A stretch of 64,000 bases of DNA, from positions 273,362 to 337,361 of the forward strand of contig CAMAVS010000003.1 in NCBI GenBank assembly GCA_945861665.1, in the 5' to 3' direction. Made by a program: the position numbers and the translations under genes. Below the pieces are notes generated by a model, which was not told where the DNA came from, searched no databases, and was given only the letters and a program-made list of their open reading frames with translations. Shown in pieces: positions 45,912-55,905 of the stretch; the stretch's first letter is position 1; every line of letters begins with the position of its first letter. This DNA comes from Chitinophaga pinensis (GTDB lineage: Bacteria; Bacteroidota; Bacteroidia; UBA4408).

Positions 45912-47517
45912 AACTGCCTTTTCGCAGAAAGTAATACCTGCATCTGTTTCAAGTAATGCTGTTTATCCTAAATTAGTTATTGGAATTGTAATTGATCAAA
46001 TGAGGTACGACTACATTTATAAATATTGGTCAAAATATTGCAACGATGGCTTTAAGCGTTTGGTGAATGAAGGTTATTCTTGTAAAAATACCAATTTTAA
46101 TTACGTTCCCACCTACACTGGACCGGGTCACGCATCAATATATACTGGAACCACTCCGGCTATTCACGGTATTGTAGGTAATGATTGGTATGATAGGGAA
46201 GTTGCATCAAGGGTGTATTGTGTAAAAGACAAATCTCAAAAAACTATTGGTACCCTAAACGAAAAGGATAGCTCAGGTTCTATGTCGCCACATAGAATGC
46301 TTACCACCACCATTACAGATGAATTAAAGTTGTCGAACAATAAAAAGTCAAAAGTGATTGGTATATCATTAAAAGACAGAGGTGCTATTTTGCCTGCCGG
46401 TCATATGGCAAATGCTGCTTATTGGATGAATGCTGAAGGGATGTGGATAAGCAGTTCGTATTATATGAAAAATTTGCCTGTATGGGTTACAAATTTCAAT
46501 GCAAAATCGCTCACTCAAAAATACCTTTCACAGGTATGGAATACCCTTTTACCTATTAATCAGTATACTGAAAGTTTATCCGACACCAATGTTTTTGAAA
46601 GTCCATATGAAGGAGAATTATTACCCGTTTTTCCCCATAATTTACTTGAAATTGTAAAAAAAGAAGGGAATGAGCTTATAAAAGCTACACCTTTTGGTAA
46701 CTCAATACTAAAGGATTTTGCTATTGAAACAATTAAGTCGGAACAGTTGGGTAAACGAACTTTTTGTGATTTTTTAGCCTTAAGCTTTTCCTCAACGGAT
46801 TATTTAGGCCATCAGTTTGGACCAACTTCGGTTGAAGTAGAAGATTGCTATTTAAGGTTGGATAGGGACATTGCTGAATTGTTAAAGTTTTTGGATACTT
46901 ACTTGGGTAAAAATAATGTACTTATTTTTTTAACTGCCGACCATGCGGCACCTGAAAATCCACTGTATTTAAAAAGTTTGGGTATAGGAGCAGGAACAAT
47001 TGATGGTAGCACATTTAAATCGGTTAATGAAACGTTAAAAAACATGTATGGTGATTCTATTATTGAAAAGTATATCAATCAGCAGTTTTATTTGAATAAC
47101 AAAGTCATTGGCCGTAGAAAATTGGATAAGGTTGACGTTGAAAATTACATTGCATCTCAAGTTGTTTTAGTAAAGGGTGTTGCGGCTAGTGTGACCCGAA
47201 CAACATTGTGTAATTCAGAATTTACTGAATCGCCTCGAATGCTTATTCAAAAAGGCTTTAATCAGAAAAGGTCAGGGGATGTGATGTTAAATTACGAGCC
47301 CGGTTGGATGGATTATGTAACCTTGGGTACTACACATGGCTCGGCTTACAGCTATGATACTCACGTGCCATTAATATGGTATGGCTACTTAATTAAGCAC
47401 GGAAGTACTGTTGAACCTATAAATATTACTGATATAGCCCCTACTTTGGCATTACTATTAAATATACAATTTCCGAATGGCTGTACAGGAAAACCTATCC
47501 AAATGTTATTCAAGTAA
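45865..47517 (+). CDS. Alkaline-phosphatase-superfamily enzyme (type I phosphodiesterase/nucleotide pyrophosphatase, PafA-like); secreted.
   Basis: Signal peptide; NPP-type motifs TYTGPGHASIYTGTTPAIHGIVGNDWYD, FLTADHAAP, TTHGSAYSYDTHVP. Confidence 0.7.
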   Translation: MKKYIFLILLQTLFVETAFSQKVIPASVSSNAVYPKLVIGIVIDQMRYDYIYKYWSKYCNDGFKRLVNEGYSCKNTNFNYVPTYTGPGHASIYTGTTPAIHGIVGNDWYDREVASRVYCVKDKSQKTIGTLNEKDSSGSMSPHRMLTTTITDELKLSNNKKSKVIGISLKDRGAILPAGHMANAAYWMNAEGMWISSSYYMKNLPVWVTNFNAKSLTQKYLSQVWNTLLPINQYTESLSDTNVFESPYEGELLPVFPHNLLEIVKKEGNELIKATPFGNSILKDFAIETIKSEQLGKRTFCDFLALSFSSTDYLGHQFGPTSVEVEDCYLRLDRDIAELLKFLDTYLGKNNVLIFLTADHAAPENPLYLKSLGIGAGTIDGSTFKSVNETLKNMYGDSIIEKYINQQFYLNNKVIGRRKLDKVDVENYIASQVVLVKGVAASVTRTTLCNSEFTESPRMLIQKGFNQKRSGDVMLNYEPGWMDYVTLGTTHGSAYSYDTHVPLIWYGYLIKHGSTVEPINITDIAPTLALLLNIQFPNGCTGKPIQMLFK

Positions 47518-47554
47518 AATAATTGTTAAATTCGCACTCATAAAAATAGAAAAA

Positions 47555-47734
47555 ATGTCTGAAGAGAAAAAAAATGAAATACTTGAATTCGAAATTCCAA
47601 TAGGTGGGTCATTAGGAATGTTGGCATTAGGAGCTGTTGGTTATTTAGCTTGGAAAAAAAAGGTAGAAGAGGCGAAAGTGAAGGGAAATAGTTTAACTGA
47701 AAATACAATAAAAGATGGGAAAGCGACTAGCTAA
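47555..47734 (+). CDS. Possible small single-pass membrane protein.
   Basis: MSEEKKNEILEFEIPIGGSLGMLALGAVGYLAWKKK...; sits between the two AlkP-family genes. Weakly supported. Confidence 0.25.
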   Translation: MSEEKKNEILEFEIPIGGSLGMLALGAVGYLAWKKKVEEAKVKGNSLTENTIKDGKATS

Positions 47735-50282
47735 AAAAGTACTTGTAATTGGTTGGGATGCGGCCGATTGGAACGTAATCAACCCACTTATAGAAAAGGG
47801 TTTTATGCCCACTCTTGAAAAGTTTATTAATCAAGGGGTTATGGGGAAAATATCCACTCTTGACCCTCCGCTTTCTCCAATGTTGTGGACATCCATTGGA
47901 ACAGGAAAAACAGCAGAAAAGCACGGAATTTTGGGCTTTACTGAACCAAATTCAACAACTCAATCTATTAGGCCTGTATCTGTTACTTCACGAAAAGTAA
48001 AAGCATTGTGGAATATTTTAACACACGAAAAGTATAAGACACACCTTGTTGGTTGGTGGCCCAGTCATCCTGCCGAACCTATTAACGGAATTGTTGTCTC
48101 TGATATGTTTACTAAAATGGACAAATCAGAAGAAGGTTGTCCGTTTAAATATCAAGAAGATTGTATTCATCCAAAAGAATTAGAAGACTTATTTGTAAAC
48201 TTGCGTGTTCATCCTTCCGAAATAGCTTCAAATCACATAACTCCTTTTATTCCCAATGCTGAAAAAGTAGACCAAGAAAAGCATCAGTGGATTCAAACAA
48301 TTTCAATTTTATTGAGTCAATGTGCAACAAATCACAATGCAGCTACTTGGATTCTTGAGAATAAAGAATGGGATTTTTTAGGTGTTTATTTTGATACGAT
48401 AGACCATTTTAGTCACGCATTTATGAAATATCATCCACCCAAAATGGACGGTATTGAACAAGAGGAATTTGATTTTGTTAATGATGTAGTAAATAGTGCA
48501 TATCGTTATCACGATATGATGTTGGAACGATATCTGAAACTTGCCGGTGATGACGCTACTATAATCATTGTTTCCGATCATGGCTTTCATTCGGGATCAC
48601 TTCGACCAAAGACGCTCCCTAAAGATCCGGCATCGCCAGCTTTTGAACACAGTCAATATGGGATTATTGCAATGAAAGGCCCCGGAATCTTAAAGGATGA
48701 ACTAATATATGGTGCTTCTGTTTTGGATATAACGCCAACCATTTTAACCTTATTTGGACTGCCAGTTGGAAAGGATATGGATGGAAAGGTATTGGTAAAT
48801 GCTTTTGATGAAAATGTAATACCAGAATTTATTGATAGTTGGGAAGATTTAGAGGGTGATTTTGGAATGCACCCCCCTGAAATGAGAGACAATCCTTGGT
48901 CGTCACAAGATGCTATGAATCAATTGGTAGAATTAGGCTATGTGGAAGCACCATCAGAAGATAATAAAGTAACGTTAAAAAGAGTTGTTGATGAGTCGAA
49001 TTATTATTTGGCTTTAACATACTCCTTTAAAAAGCAGTATAGTGATGCATTGCCATTATTAGAAAAATTAGTTGTCGATAATCCTGATACAGTACGTTTT
49101 CTTATGCGATTAGCCTCTTGTTACCAGTCTTTGGGGAACAATATTGGCTGTCGGAAAGTAATCGAAAAACTAAGAACACTTGATTCAAAAACAATTCCAC
49201 ATCTCGATTTTTTAGAAGGATCATTGTTGTTGAGCGAGAATAAGGTTCGTAATGCATTGGAGAAGTTTAAAAGTGCAGAAAAAGCAGTTCCGCATTTCCC
49301 CAATTTACATTTACAAATTGCCAATACATATTTTAAAATAAAAAAACTTGATTTGGCTTTAGGCGCCTATAACAAAGCATTCGAAATTGATCCGGATAAC
49401 CCAACTGTTCATCACGGGATAGGTGTTTGCTATTTAAGGTTGGATAGGTACGAAGAGGCGATTGACGAACTTCTTACAGCGGTTGGTTTTATACATTTAT
49501 TCCCGGCAGCACATTATCACTTAGGTGAGGCCTTGTTGAAAAATGGAAATTACGAAATGGCTGAACAAGCTTTTTTAGTTTCCTTGGCACAATCTCCCGG
49601 AAATAGAAGGGCACATCAGTGGATTGCTAAATTATATAAGGAGCATCTAGTTACACCTGAGAAAGCCATTTATCACGAAGAATTCATAAAAAATAACATT
49701 AAAGGAACTATCACTATTGTTTCGGGATTACCAAGAAGCGGAACTTCTATGATGATGCAAATGTTGAATGCGGGTGGCTTGGGTGTTCTTACGGACAATG
49801 TTCGCCAAAATGATGATAGTAATCCCAAAGGGTATTTGGAATTGGAGAAGGTGAAGAAGTTGCATTTGGATAATTCTTGGCTGAAAGAGGCCGATGGTAA
49901 GTTGATAAAGGTTGTTGCTCCATTGGTTATGAATTTATCAAACGACTATAATTATAAAATTATATTTATGTTACGTGATATGGATGAGATGATTCGCTCA
50001 CAGCAAAAAATGCTTGGAAAATCTGAGGATGTTATAAAATCTTCTTATCCGGTTAGTTTAATTGAAGCATTTAAAAAACAGTTAGAAAAAGCAGATATTT
50101 GGTTAAAAAGTATGCCTAACGTTTCCTATATGTATGTAAATTATACTGATGTAATTAACTCGCCTGAAGAGCAAATAGAAAATTTAAATTCCTTTTTTGA
50201 TAACGAGTTGGATACCGATAAAATGTTAGGCCAAGTAGACCCATCTTTGTACAGAAATAAAAGTAAGGAATTTCAGAATTAG
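47715..50282 (+). CDS. Tripartite fusion: an N-terminal alkaline-phosphatase-superfamily (NPP-like) domain, central TPR repeats and a C-terminal PAPS-type sulfotransferase domain.
   Basis: N-terminus VLVIGWDAADW...LDPPLSPMLWTSIGTGKTAEKHGILG...IIVSDHGFHSG (AlkP/NPP core). TPR-like repeats span residues ~430-640. The C-terminus carries a sulfotransferase 5'-PSB loop VSGLPRSGTSMMMQML and a 3'-PB-like MLRDMDEMIRS. Confidence 0.75.
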   Translation: MGKRLAKKVLVIGWDAADWNVINPLIEKGFMPTLEKFINQGVMGKISTLDPPLSPMLWTSIGTGKTAEKHGILGFTEPNSTTQSIRPVSVTSRKVKALWNILTHEKYKTHLVGWWPSHPAEPINGIVVSDMFTKMDKSEEGCPFKYQEDCIHPKELEDLFVNLRVHPSEIASNHITPFIPNAEKVDQEKHQWIQTISILLSQCATNHNAATWILENKEWDFLGVYFDTIDHFSHAFMKYHPPKMDGIEQEEFDFVNDVVNSAYRYHDMMLERYLKLAGDDATIIIVSDHGFHSGSLRPKTLPKDPASPAFEHSQYGIIAMKGPGILKDELIYGASVLDITPTILTLFGLPVGKDMDGKVLVNAFDENVIPEFIDSWEDLEGDFGMHPPEMRDNPWSSQDAMNQLVELGYVEAPSEDNKVTLKRVVDESNYYLALTYSFKKQYSDALPLLEKLVVDNPDTVRFLMRLASCYQSLGNNIGCRKVIEKLRTLDSKTIPHLDFLEGSLLLSENKVRNALEKFKSAEKAVPHFPNLHLQIANTYFKIKKLDLALGAYNKAFEIDPDNPTVHHGIGVCYLRLDRYEEAIDELLTAVGFIHLFPAAHYHLGEALLKNGNYEMAEQAFLVSLAQSPGNRRAHQWIAKLYKEHLVTPEKAIYHEEFIKNNIKGTITIVSGLPRSGTSMMMQMLNAGGLGVLTDNVRQNDDSNPKGYLELEKVKKLHLDNSWLKEADGKLIKVVAPLVMNLSNDYNYKIIFMLRDMDEMIRSQQKMLGKSEDVIKSSYPVSLIEAFKKQLEKADIWLKSMPNVSYMYVNYTDVINSPEEQIENLNSFFDNELDTDKMLGQVDPSLYRNKSKEFQN

Positions 50283-50875
50283 TGAATAATTTAACACCCG
50301 TTATCAGTAAAGTGTCGATGGGCCAACGGCAGAATCAGTTGCAACAAAAACCTCTTGTTGTTTGGCTTACTGGCTTTTCGGGTGCAGGTAAAACAACCAT
50401 TGCACAAGCACTTGAACAACTATTGTATCAGCATAATTACAAATCGGTTGTTCTGGATGGAGATAATATTAGAGGTGGTTTGAATAACAATCTTTCATTC
50501 TCAGAGCAAGATAGAACGGAAAATATAAGACGAATTGCAGAGGTGTCAAAACTGTTTTGCGACAGTGGACTAATTGTAATTTCAAGTTTTATAACACCGC
50601 TTAACAGTATGCGAAAAATGGCACGTAGCATTATTGGTGATGAAAAATTTGTTGAAGTATTTGTAAACTGCCCTATTGAAGTGTGTGAGCAACGTGATGT
50701 GAAAGGTTTGTATAAAAAAGCACGTACTGGGGAGATTAAAAATTTTACAGGAATGGATGCCGGTTTTGAAATTCCAAGCCAAGCCGAATTGGTAATTGAC
50801 TCGAATGGTACTTCGAGCGAACAGTCGGTTAAAAAACTTTACGATTACATTGTTTCAAAAATTAAATTGGTATAA
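50282..50875 (+). CDS. cysC: Adenylyl-sulfate (APS) kinase.
   Basis: P-loop LTGFSGAGKTTIA and SFI.P motifs; 197 aa. Its GTG start overlaps the stop of the sulfotransferase fusion by 1 nt. Confidence 0.9.
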   Translation: MNNLTPVISKVSMGQRQNQLQQKPLVVWLTGFSGAGKTTIAQALEQLLYQHNYKSVVLDGDNIRGGLNNNLSFSEQDRTENIRRIAEVSKLFCDSGLIVISSFITPLNSMRKMARSIIGDEKFVEVFVNCPIEVCEQRDVKGLYKKARTGEIKNFTGMDAGFEIPSQAELVIDSNGTSSEQSVKKLYDYIVSKIKLV

Positions 50876-50879
50876 CACC

Positions 50880-52514
50880 ATGATTATGGACATAGATTTT
50901 AATAAAAACGAAGACAAAATGAATTTACTGATTTCTGTGATGGAGCAGAAATTGGCAAAAATATATTTAGGTGGAGGCAAAGCTAAAATTGATAAACAGC
51001 ATGAGCAAGGTAAACTTACAGCCCGTGAAAGAATTAAATTTTTGTTGGATAAAGATTCGAAATCAATCGAACTTGGAGTATTTGTGGGCGATGATATGTA
51101 CAAGGAACACGGTGGTTGTCCTGCCGGTGGAGTAGTGATAGTAATGGGTTACGTAAGTGGAAGGCAATGTATTGTTGTGGCAAACGATGCTACAGTAAAA
51201 GCGGGTGCTTGGTTTCCCATCACCGGAAAAAAGAATTTGCGTGCGCAAGAAATTGCAATGGAAAATCGTCTTCCAATTATTTACTTGGTTGATAGTGCAG
51301 GTGTGTATTTGCCGATGCAAGATGAAATTTTTCCTGACAAGGAACATTTTGGTAGGATATTTAGAAACAATGCGGTAATGAGCAGTATGGGTATTTTGCA
51401 AATATCTGCAGTAATGGGAAGTTGTGTTGCTGGTGGAGCTTATTTGCCTATTATGAGTGACGAGGCAATGATTGTTGACAAAACAGGAAGTATTTTCCTT
51501 GCGGGTTCTTATTTGGTAAAAGCGGCAATTGGTGAATCCATCGACAATGAAACATTGGGTGGAGCAACTACGCATTGTGAAATATCGGGTGTTACCGACT
51601 ATAAGTGCAAAGACGATCAGGATTGTTTAACACGCATCCGAAACATTATGAGTAAAATTGGCGATTTTGATAAAGCCGGTTTCAACAGAATTGAATCAAA
51701 AGAACCAAAGAAAAATCCGAAAGAAATTATTGGCATTATCCCCGATGTGCGCGACAAGCAATACGATATGATGGAAGTAATAGCTCGTTTGGTGGACGAA
51801 TCGGATTTTGAAGAATACAAAGAGGGCTATGGGCAAAGTATTTTATGCGGACTTGCACGCATTCATGGTTGGAGTGTTGGCATAGTTGCCAACCAACGAA
51901 AAGTAGTAAAGAGCAAAAAAGGTGAAATGCAATTTGGTGGTGTTATTTACAGTGACAGTGCTGATAAAGCAGCACGTTTTATTATGAATTGCAATCAAAA
52001 GAAAATACCCTTGGTTTTTTTACAAGATGCAACCGGTTTTATGGTTGGCTCTCGTTCCGAGCACGGAGGTATAATAAAAGATGGAGCCAAATTGGTAAAC
52101 GCAATGGCAAATTCGGTAGTTCCAAAGTTTACTGTAATAATTGGCAACTCATACGGTGCTGCCAATTATGCAATGTGCGGAAAAGCATACGACCCGCGTT
52201 TAATTGTTGGATGGCCAACAGCACAAGTTGCCGTAATGGGTGGAGCACAAGCAGCGAAAGTATTGGTGCAAATTGAAGTGGCGTCTTTAAAGGCAAAAGG
52301 CGAAGTAATTACTTCTGAAAAGGAAGCCGAACTGTATAATAAAATTAAAGACCGTTACGATACGCAAACCAGTCCCTATTATGCAGCATCGCGTTTGTGG
52401 CTTGATGCCATCATTCATCCGCTAGATACACGCAAATGGATATCAATGGGTATTGAGGCTGCCAATCATTCGCCAATTACAAAGGCATATAATGTGGGTG
52501 TGATTCAAACATAG
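50880..52514 (+). CDS. Acyl-CoA carboxylase carboxyltransferase subunit (propionyl/methylcrotonyl-CoA carboxylase beta chain family).
   Basis: Duplicated crotonase-like carboxyltransferase domains (GGAYLP..., VIIGNSYGAANYAMCG). The start is taken at MIMDIDF just after the cysC stop. Confidence 0.85.
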   Translation: MIMDIDFNKNEDKMNLLISVMEQKLAKIYLGGGKAKIDKQHEQGKLTARERIKFLLDKDSKSIELGVFVGDDMYKEHGGCPAGGVVIVMGYVSGRQCIVVANDATVKAGAWFPITGKKNLRAQEIAMENRLPIIYLVDSAGVYLPMQDEIFPDKEHFGRIFRNNAVMSSMGILQISAVMGSCVAGGAYLPIMSDEAMIVDKTGSIFLAGSYLVKAAIGESIDNETLGGATTHCEISGVTDYKCKDDQDCLTRIRNIMSKIGDFDKAGFNRIESKEPKKNPKEIIGIIPDVRDKQYDMMEVIARLVDESDFEEYKEGYGQSILCGLARIHGWSVGIVANQRKVVKSKKGEMQFGGVIYSDSADKAARFIMNCNQKKIPLVFLQDATGFMVGSRSEHGGIIKDGAKLVNAMANSVVPKFTVIIGNSYGAANYAMCGKAYDPRLIVGWPTAQVAVMGGAQAAKVLVQIEVASLKAKGEVITSEKEAELYNKIKDRYDTQTSPYYAASRLWLDAIIHPLDTRKWISMGIEAANHSPITKAYNVGVIQT

Positions 52515-52519
52515 ATAAA

Positions 52520-53029
52520 TTATATCTTTTCAACTTCACCTCTATAATCAAACTGAACATCTTCGTGTAATTTTGATAAGGCAAGATTAATTTTATCCTT
52601 TTCACGATAGTATAAATTGCTAATAATACCGCTGGAATCTAAGTTGATTCTGGCCGCTCTAATTTTTGAGCAGAAATAAATTCTCAGTTCAACTTCCGTT
52701 TGTTTGTTCTTGGATGTTTTAATAAACTTGTTTAAATGCCTTACTACTTTTTGTAAGCCTTTTTTGGTGGTGTAGGTTGTTTTTCTGCTAACAGTAAGGA
52801 ATAAATCATCTAATTTTTCTTTCGATTCTTCTAAATATTGCTTTTCATCGGCCGAACCAAATAACAAGTAGGACAGGAGTTCTTTGTTTTCCTTTTTGTG
52901 TTTAGCCAACTTCATACAAATTTCCAGCACTTGCTTTTTTTCAAGTGTTGCGAGTTCCTTTTGTAATTGACTGAGGGATATAGTTTTCATTGATTGTTGT
53001 GCTTCAGGTTCTGTAATTTTTACGCACAA
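52520..53029 (-). CDS. Hypothetical protein.
   Basis: 169-aa ORF overlapping the start of the downstream acyltransferase; no recognisable motifs. Confidence 0.35.
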   Translation of the reverse strand: MCVKITEPEAQQSMKTISLSQLQKELATLEKKQVLEICMKLAKHKKENKELLSYLLFGSADEKQYLEESKEKLDDLFLTVSRKTTYTTKKGLQKVVRHLNKFIKTSKNKQTEVELRIYFCSKIRAARINLDSSGIISNLYYREKDKINLALSKLHEDVQFDYRGEVEKI

Positions 53030-54387
53030 GGAACTATTTTCAAGTACTCTCTTTTATAACTTTCCATTTCAGTTATCAGCTTTTCTCTTAATTCAAAAAG
53101 TGCTTTAGCTTCTGATGGTTTGTTTTTCATAAAGGAAGAAAGTGCCATTTTGCCTTTTGCCTTTTTCATAAAAACGGTAAAGTTGTGAGCATACCAAGCC
53201 GATAAAGGCAATAATACTATGTAGTACAATAGAATTACTTTGCCAAATAGTAAACCTACAATGCTAATTTGAAGTATGTAAAAAATTAAAAACAGAAAAA
53301 ATCCTGCTCCAAAATTAATGGACGCAAAGAACTCCACTTTACGCACAATTTTTTTTGCCAGCTTATAGGGTAGTATGTAAGGCGTGTAATTATTTATAAG
53401 TCCAAATAAATAAAAAGGAAAACCCAGTACTATAAGAATTACATCCACTATGTAACTTGTTTTTTTAGTTCTCATCAAATGGTCTCTCACACCGATTTTT
53501 GATAATTGCTTATAGTATTCTTTTAAGCTTACATCCAATTTCATTAGAGAAGTGGAGTCCTGTTTATAAAAATAGTTTACTGCACTTGCAATGCCTTTTG
53601 TAACATCAAAATCACTTATGTTGCTATTCTTCTTTACATTAAATTCAGTTAGTAGTTGTTTTTTATAGATGTCCTCAATATTGCTTACAAGTATGTCGGT
53701 TTCTTTGTTCTCAATAATCACCATTTGCTCGGCAATGCCTGTTTCAATTTTTTTCGTCAATTCATTAGTAGCAATAGCCACATTTTTTTCATAAAGCGAC
53801 TTGTATTCTTGAACACTAATAGGTGCTGAAAGTCGCAAATGCACTTCGCTTCGAAATAGTGACGGCTTTTCATAGCTCAATCCAACACAAACTACTTTTA
53901 AATCCATATCAAAGTCTGTTGATGCTTCTGCCCCAAATACAATACGTGACGTGCCTTTTTTTAATTTCCTCAGTCTTCTTTCCTGAACACAAATACCCTC
54001 AGAGAAAATAATGATGATTTTATTTTCTCCAAGCATTCTGTAACACTTTTTAAAAACTTCTTCATTCTTGTTTAGTTTATCAGCTCCCTCCTGAATTCGG
54101 TATATGGGCATTAAATTCATTTTGCCGAGCAGCCACATTTTAAAAGGTGTATTAAATACATCAGAACGAACCAAAGAATAAACGGGCTTATCAACAGCGG
54201 CTTTTATTACCAATGCATCCATAAAGGAGTTAGGGTGATTGGAGGCAAGTATCACAGGCTTATCAAATGGTATATTATCAAGTCCGTGAAGGTGTATTTT
54301 TTTAAAATACAATTTAAGGGTTATTTTACCAATAAAAATCTTTAAAAATGAATATAGTGCGGATTGTTGAAGGAAATAACGAAACAT
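53020..54387 (-). CDS. Lysophospholipid/glycerol-3-phosphate acyltransferase family protein (PlsC-like) with a C-terminal two-helix membrane extension.
   Basis: HX4D acyltransferase motif ASNHPNSFMDAL and block III FSEGI; 455 aa. Confidence 0.65.
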   Translation of the reverse strand: MFRYFLQQSALYSFLKIFIGKITLKLYFKKIHLHGLDNIPFDKPVILASNHPNSFMDALVIKAAVDKPVYSLVRSDVFNTPFKMWLLGKMNLMPIYRIQEGADKLNKNEEVFKKCYRMLGENKIIIIFSEGICVQERRLRKLKKGTSRIVFGAEASTDFDMDLKVVCVGLSYEKPSLFRSEVHLRLSAPISVQEYKSLYEKNVAIATNELTKKIETGIAEQMVIIENKETDILVSNIEDIYKKQLLTEFNVKKNSNISDFDVTKGIASAVNYFYKQDSTSLMKLDVSLKEYYKQLSKIGVRDHLMRTKKTSYIVDVILIVLGFPFYLFGLINNYTPYILPYKLAKKIVRKVEFFASINFGAGFFLFLIFYILQISIVGLLFGKVILLYYIVLLPLSAWYAHNFTVFMKKAKGKMALSSFMKNKPSEAKALFELREKLITEMESYKREYLKIVPCA

Positions 54388-54500
54388 AGTTTTTAATTAA
54401 TGTAAAGATATTTAATCTTTTTTGAAATTTTTTAAATATTAACCGAACTTATTCGTCTACTATAGTAAACAATAATAATTTTGTGCTCTTATTATAAAAT

Positions 54501-55739
54501 ATGAAGTTTAGGTTTTTAATTGTGTTGGGAGTTTTATTGTGTATCGATTGGTATTTCTATCAGTCAATTTCTACTGTAATGAAAAATAGTAGCGACAACA
54601 AAAAAAATATTGCTGCTTATCTCTATTGGGGATTCTCTATTTTTTCGGCATTGCTGATTTTAGCGGCTGTGTTTTTTAATTACACCTCCTTTCCAAAGTT
54701 TATTCGGATTTATTGTTGGGCAATTGTACTTGTTATTCTGCTTGTGAAAATTGTGGGCTGTTTATTTATACTTACCGATGATCTTATCCGATTATTCCGA
54801 TGGGGCTTTAGTTACATACCTGCAGCCGATGGAATAGAAAAGTCACACAGCATTAGCCGTCTTAAATTTGTAAATCAAATAGGTTTGCTTGTTGCTGCCT
54901 TGCCATTTACAGCCTTAATATATGGAATGTTAAAAGGGGGTTTTGATATACGCATAAAAAAGACACGGCTTGTTTTGCCTAATTTACCGGATGCTTTTAA
55001 CGGATTACGCATAGTGCAAATATCAGATATACATTGCGGTAGTTTTACCAGCATCGCTCATTTCGAAAATGCTGCCAATATGATTGAAATGCAAAAGCCA
55101 GATATTCTCTTTTTTACAGGCGATTTGGTGAACGACCTTGTAAGTGAAACGGATGGTTTTATTGAGACCTTTAGTAAAATGAAAGCGCCTATGGGAACTT
55201 ACTCTTCCTTGGGTAACCACGATTATGCCGACTATATTACGTGGGACAGCAAAGAAGCGAAGGCGAAAAATTTGGAAGATTTAAAAGCTGTTCATGCCAA
55301 AGTTGGATGGCGTTTGTTGCTGAACGAAAATGTGGCTTTGGAAAGAGGGGGCGAAAAAATTGCCTTGATAGGTATTGAAAACTGGGGAGCAAAGGGTTTT
55401 ACCAAGTATGGTAATTTGAAAAAAGCCTATCAAGGAGCAGAAAACTATCCTGTAAAAATTCTGCTGTCGCACGACCCTTCACATTGGGAAGCGCAAGTAC
55501 TTAAAGAGTATCCTAAAATTGACCTCACATTTGCCGGACATACACACGGTATGCAGTTTGGAGTTGATTTGCCCCATTTTAAATGGAGTCCTGTAAAATA
55601 TTTTTACAAACAATGGTCAGGTTTATACGAACAAGCAGGGCAATATTTATATGTAAACCAAGGTTTAGGATTTATCGGTTATCCGGGTAGAGTAGGGATA
55701 TTGCCTGAAATAACGGTGGTTGAGTTGTATAATTCTTAG
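54501..55739 (+). CDS. Membrane-anchored calcineurin-like metallophosphoesterase.
   Basis: N-terminal transmembrane helices; phosphoesterase motifs DIHCG, GDLVND, GNHDY, GHTHG. Confidence 0.8.
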   Translation: MKFRFLIVLGVLLCIDWYFYQSISTVMKNSSDNKKNIAAYLYWGFSIFSALLILAAVFFNYTSFPKFIRIYCWAIVLVILLVKIVGCLFILTDDLIRLFRWGFSYIPAADGIEKSHSISRLKFVNQIGLLVAALPFTALIYGMLKGGFDIRIKKTRLVLPNLPDAFNGLRIVQISDIHCGSFTSIAHFENAANMIEMQKPDILFFTGDLVNDLVSETDGFIETFSKMKAPMGTYSSLGNHDYADYITWDSKEAKAKNLEDLKAVHAKVGWRLLLNENVALERGGEKIALIGIENWGAKGFTKYGNLKKAYQGAENYPVKILLSHDPSHWEAQVLKEYPKIDLTFAGHTHGMQFGVDLPHFKWSPVKYFYKQWSGLYEQAGQYLYVNQGLGFIGYPGRVGILPEITVVELYNS

Positions 55740-55905
55740 AGGGAATTAAGACTAATAATAGCTTATTACTCTTTTAGTTATCGTCTTTGGTTTGAAATAA
55801 CTAAACGTTATTTTTTTAATCCAGTTACAGGTCTCATCTGTTTCATACTTGTAGTTTAACCTACGGCTGCTTAAATTGTTTTTGTCAAATAATTGTTCCT
55901 CTGTT

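Noticed and set aside
51063-51575. 170-aa minus-strand ORF.
   Set aside because: Antisense to the well-supported carboxyltransferase gene, with Cys/His/Arg-rich non-protein-like composition.
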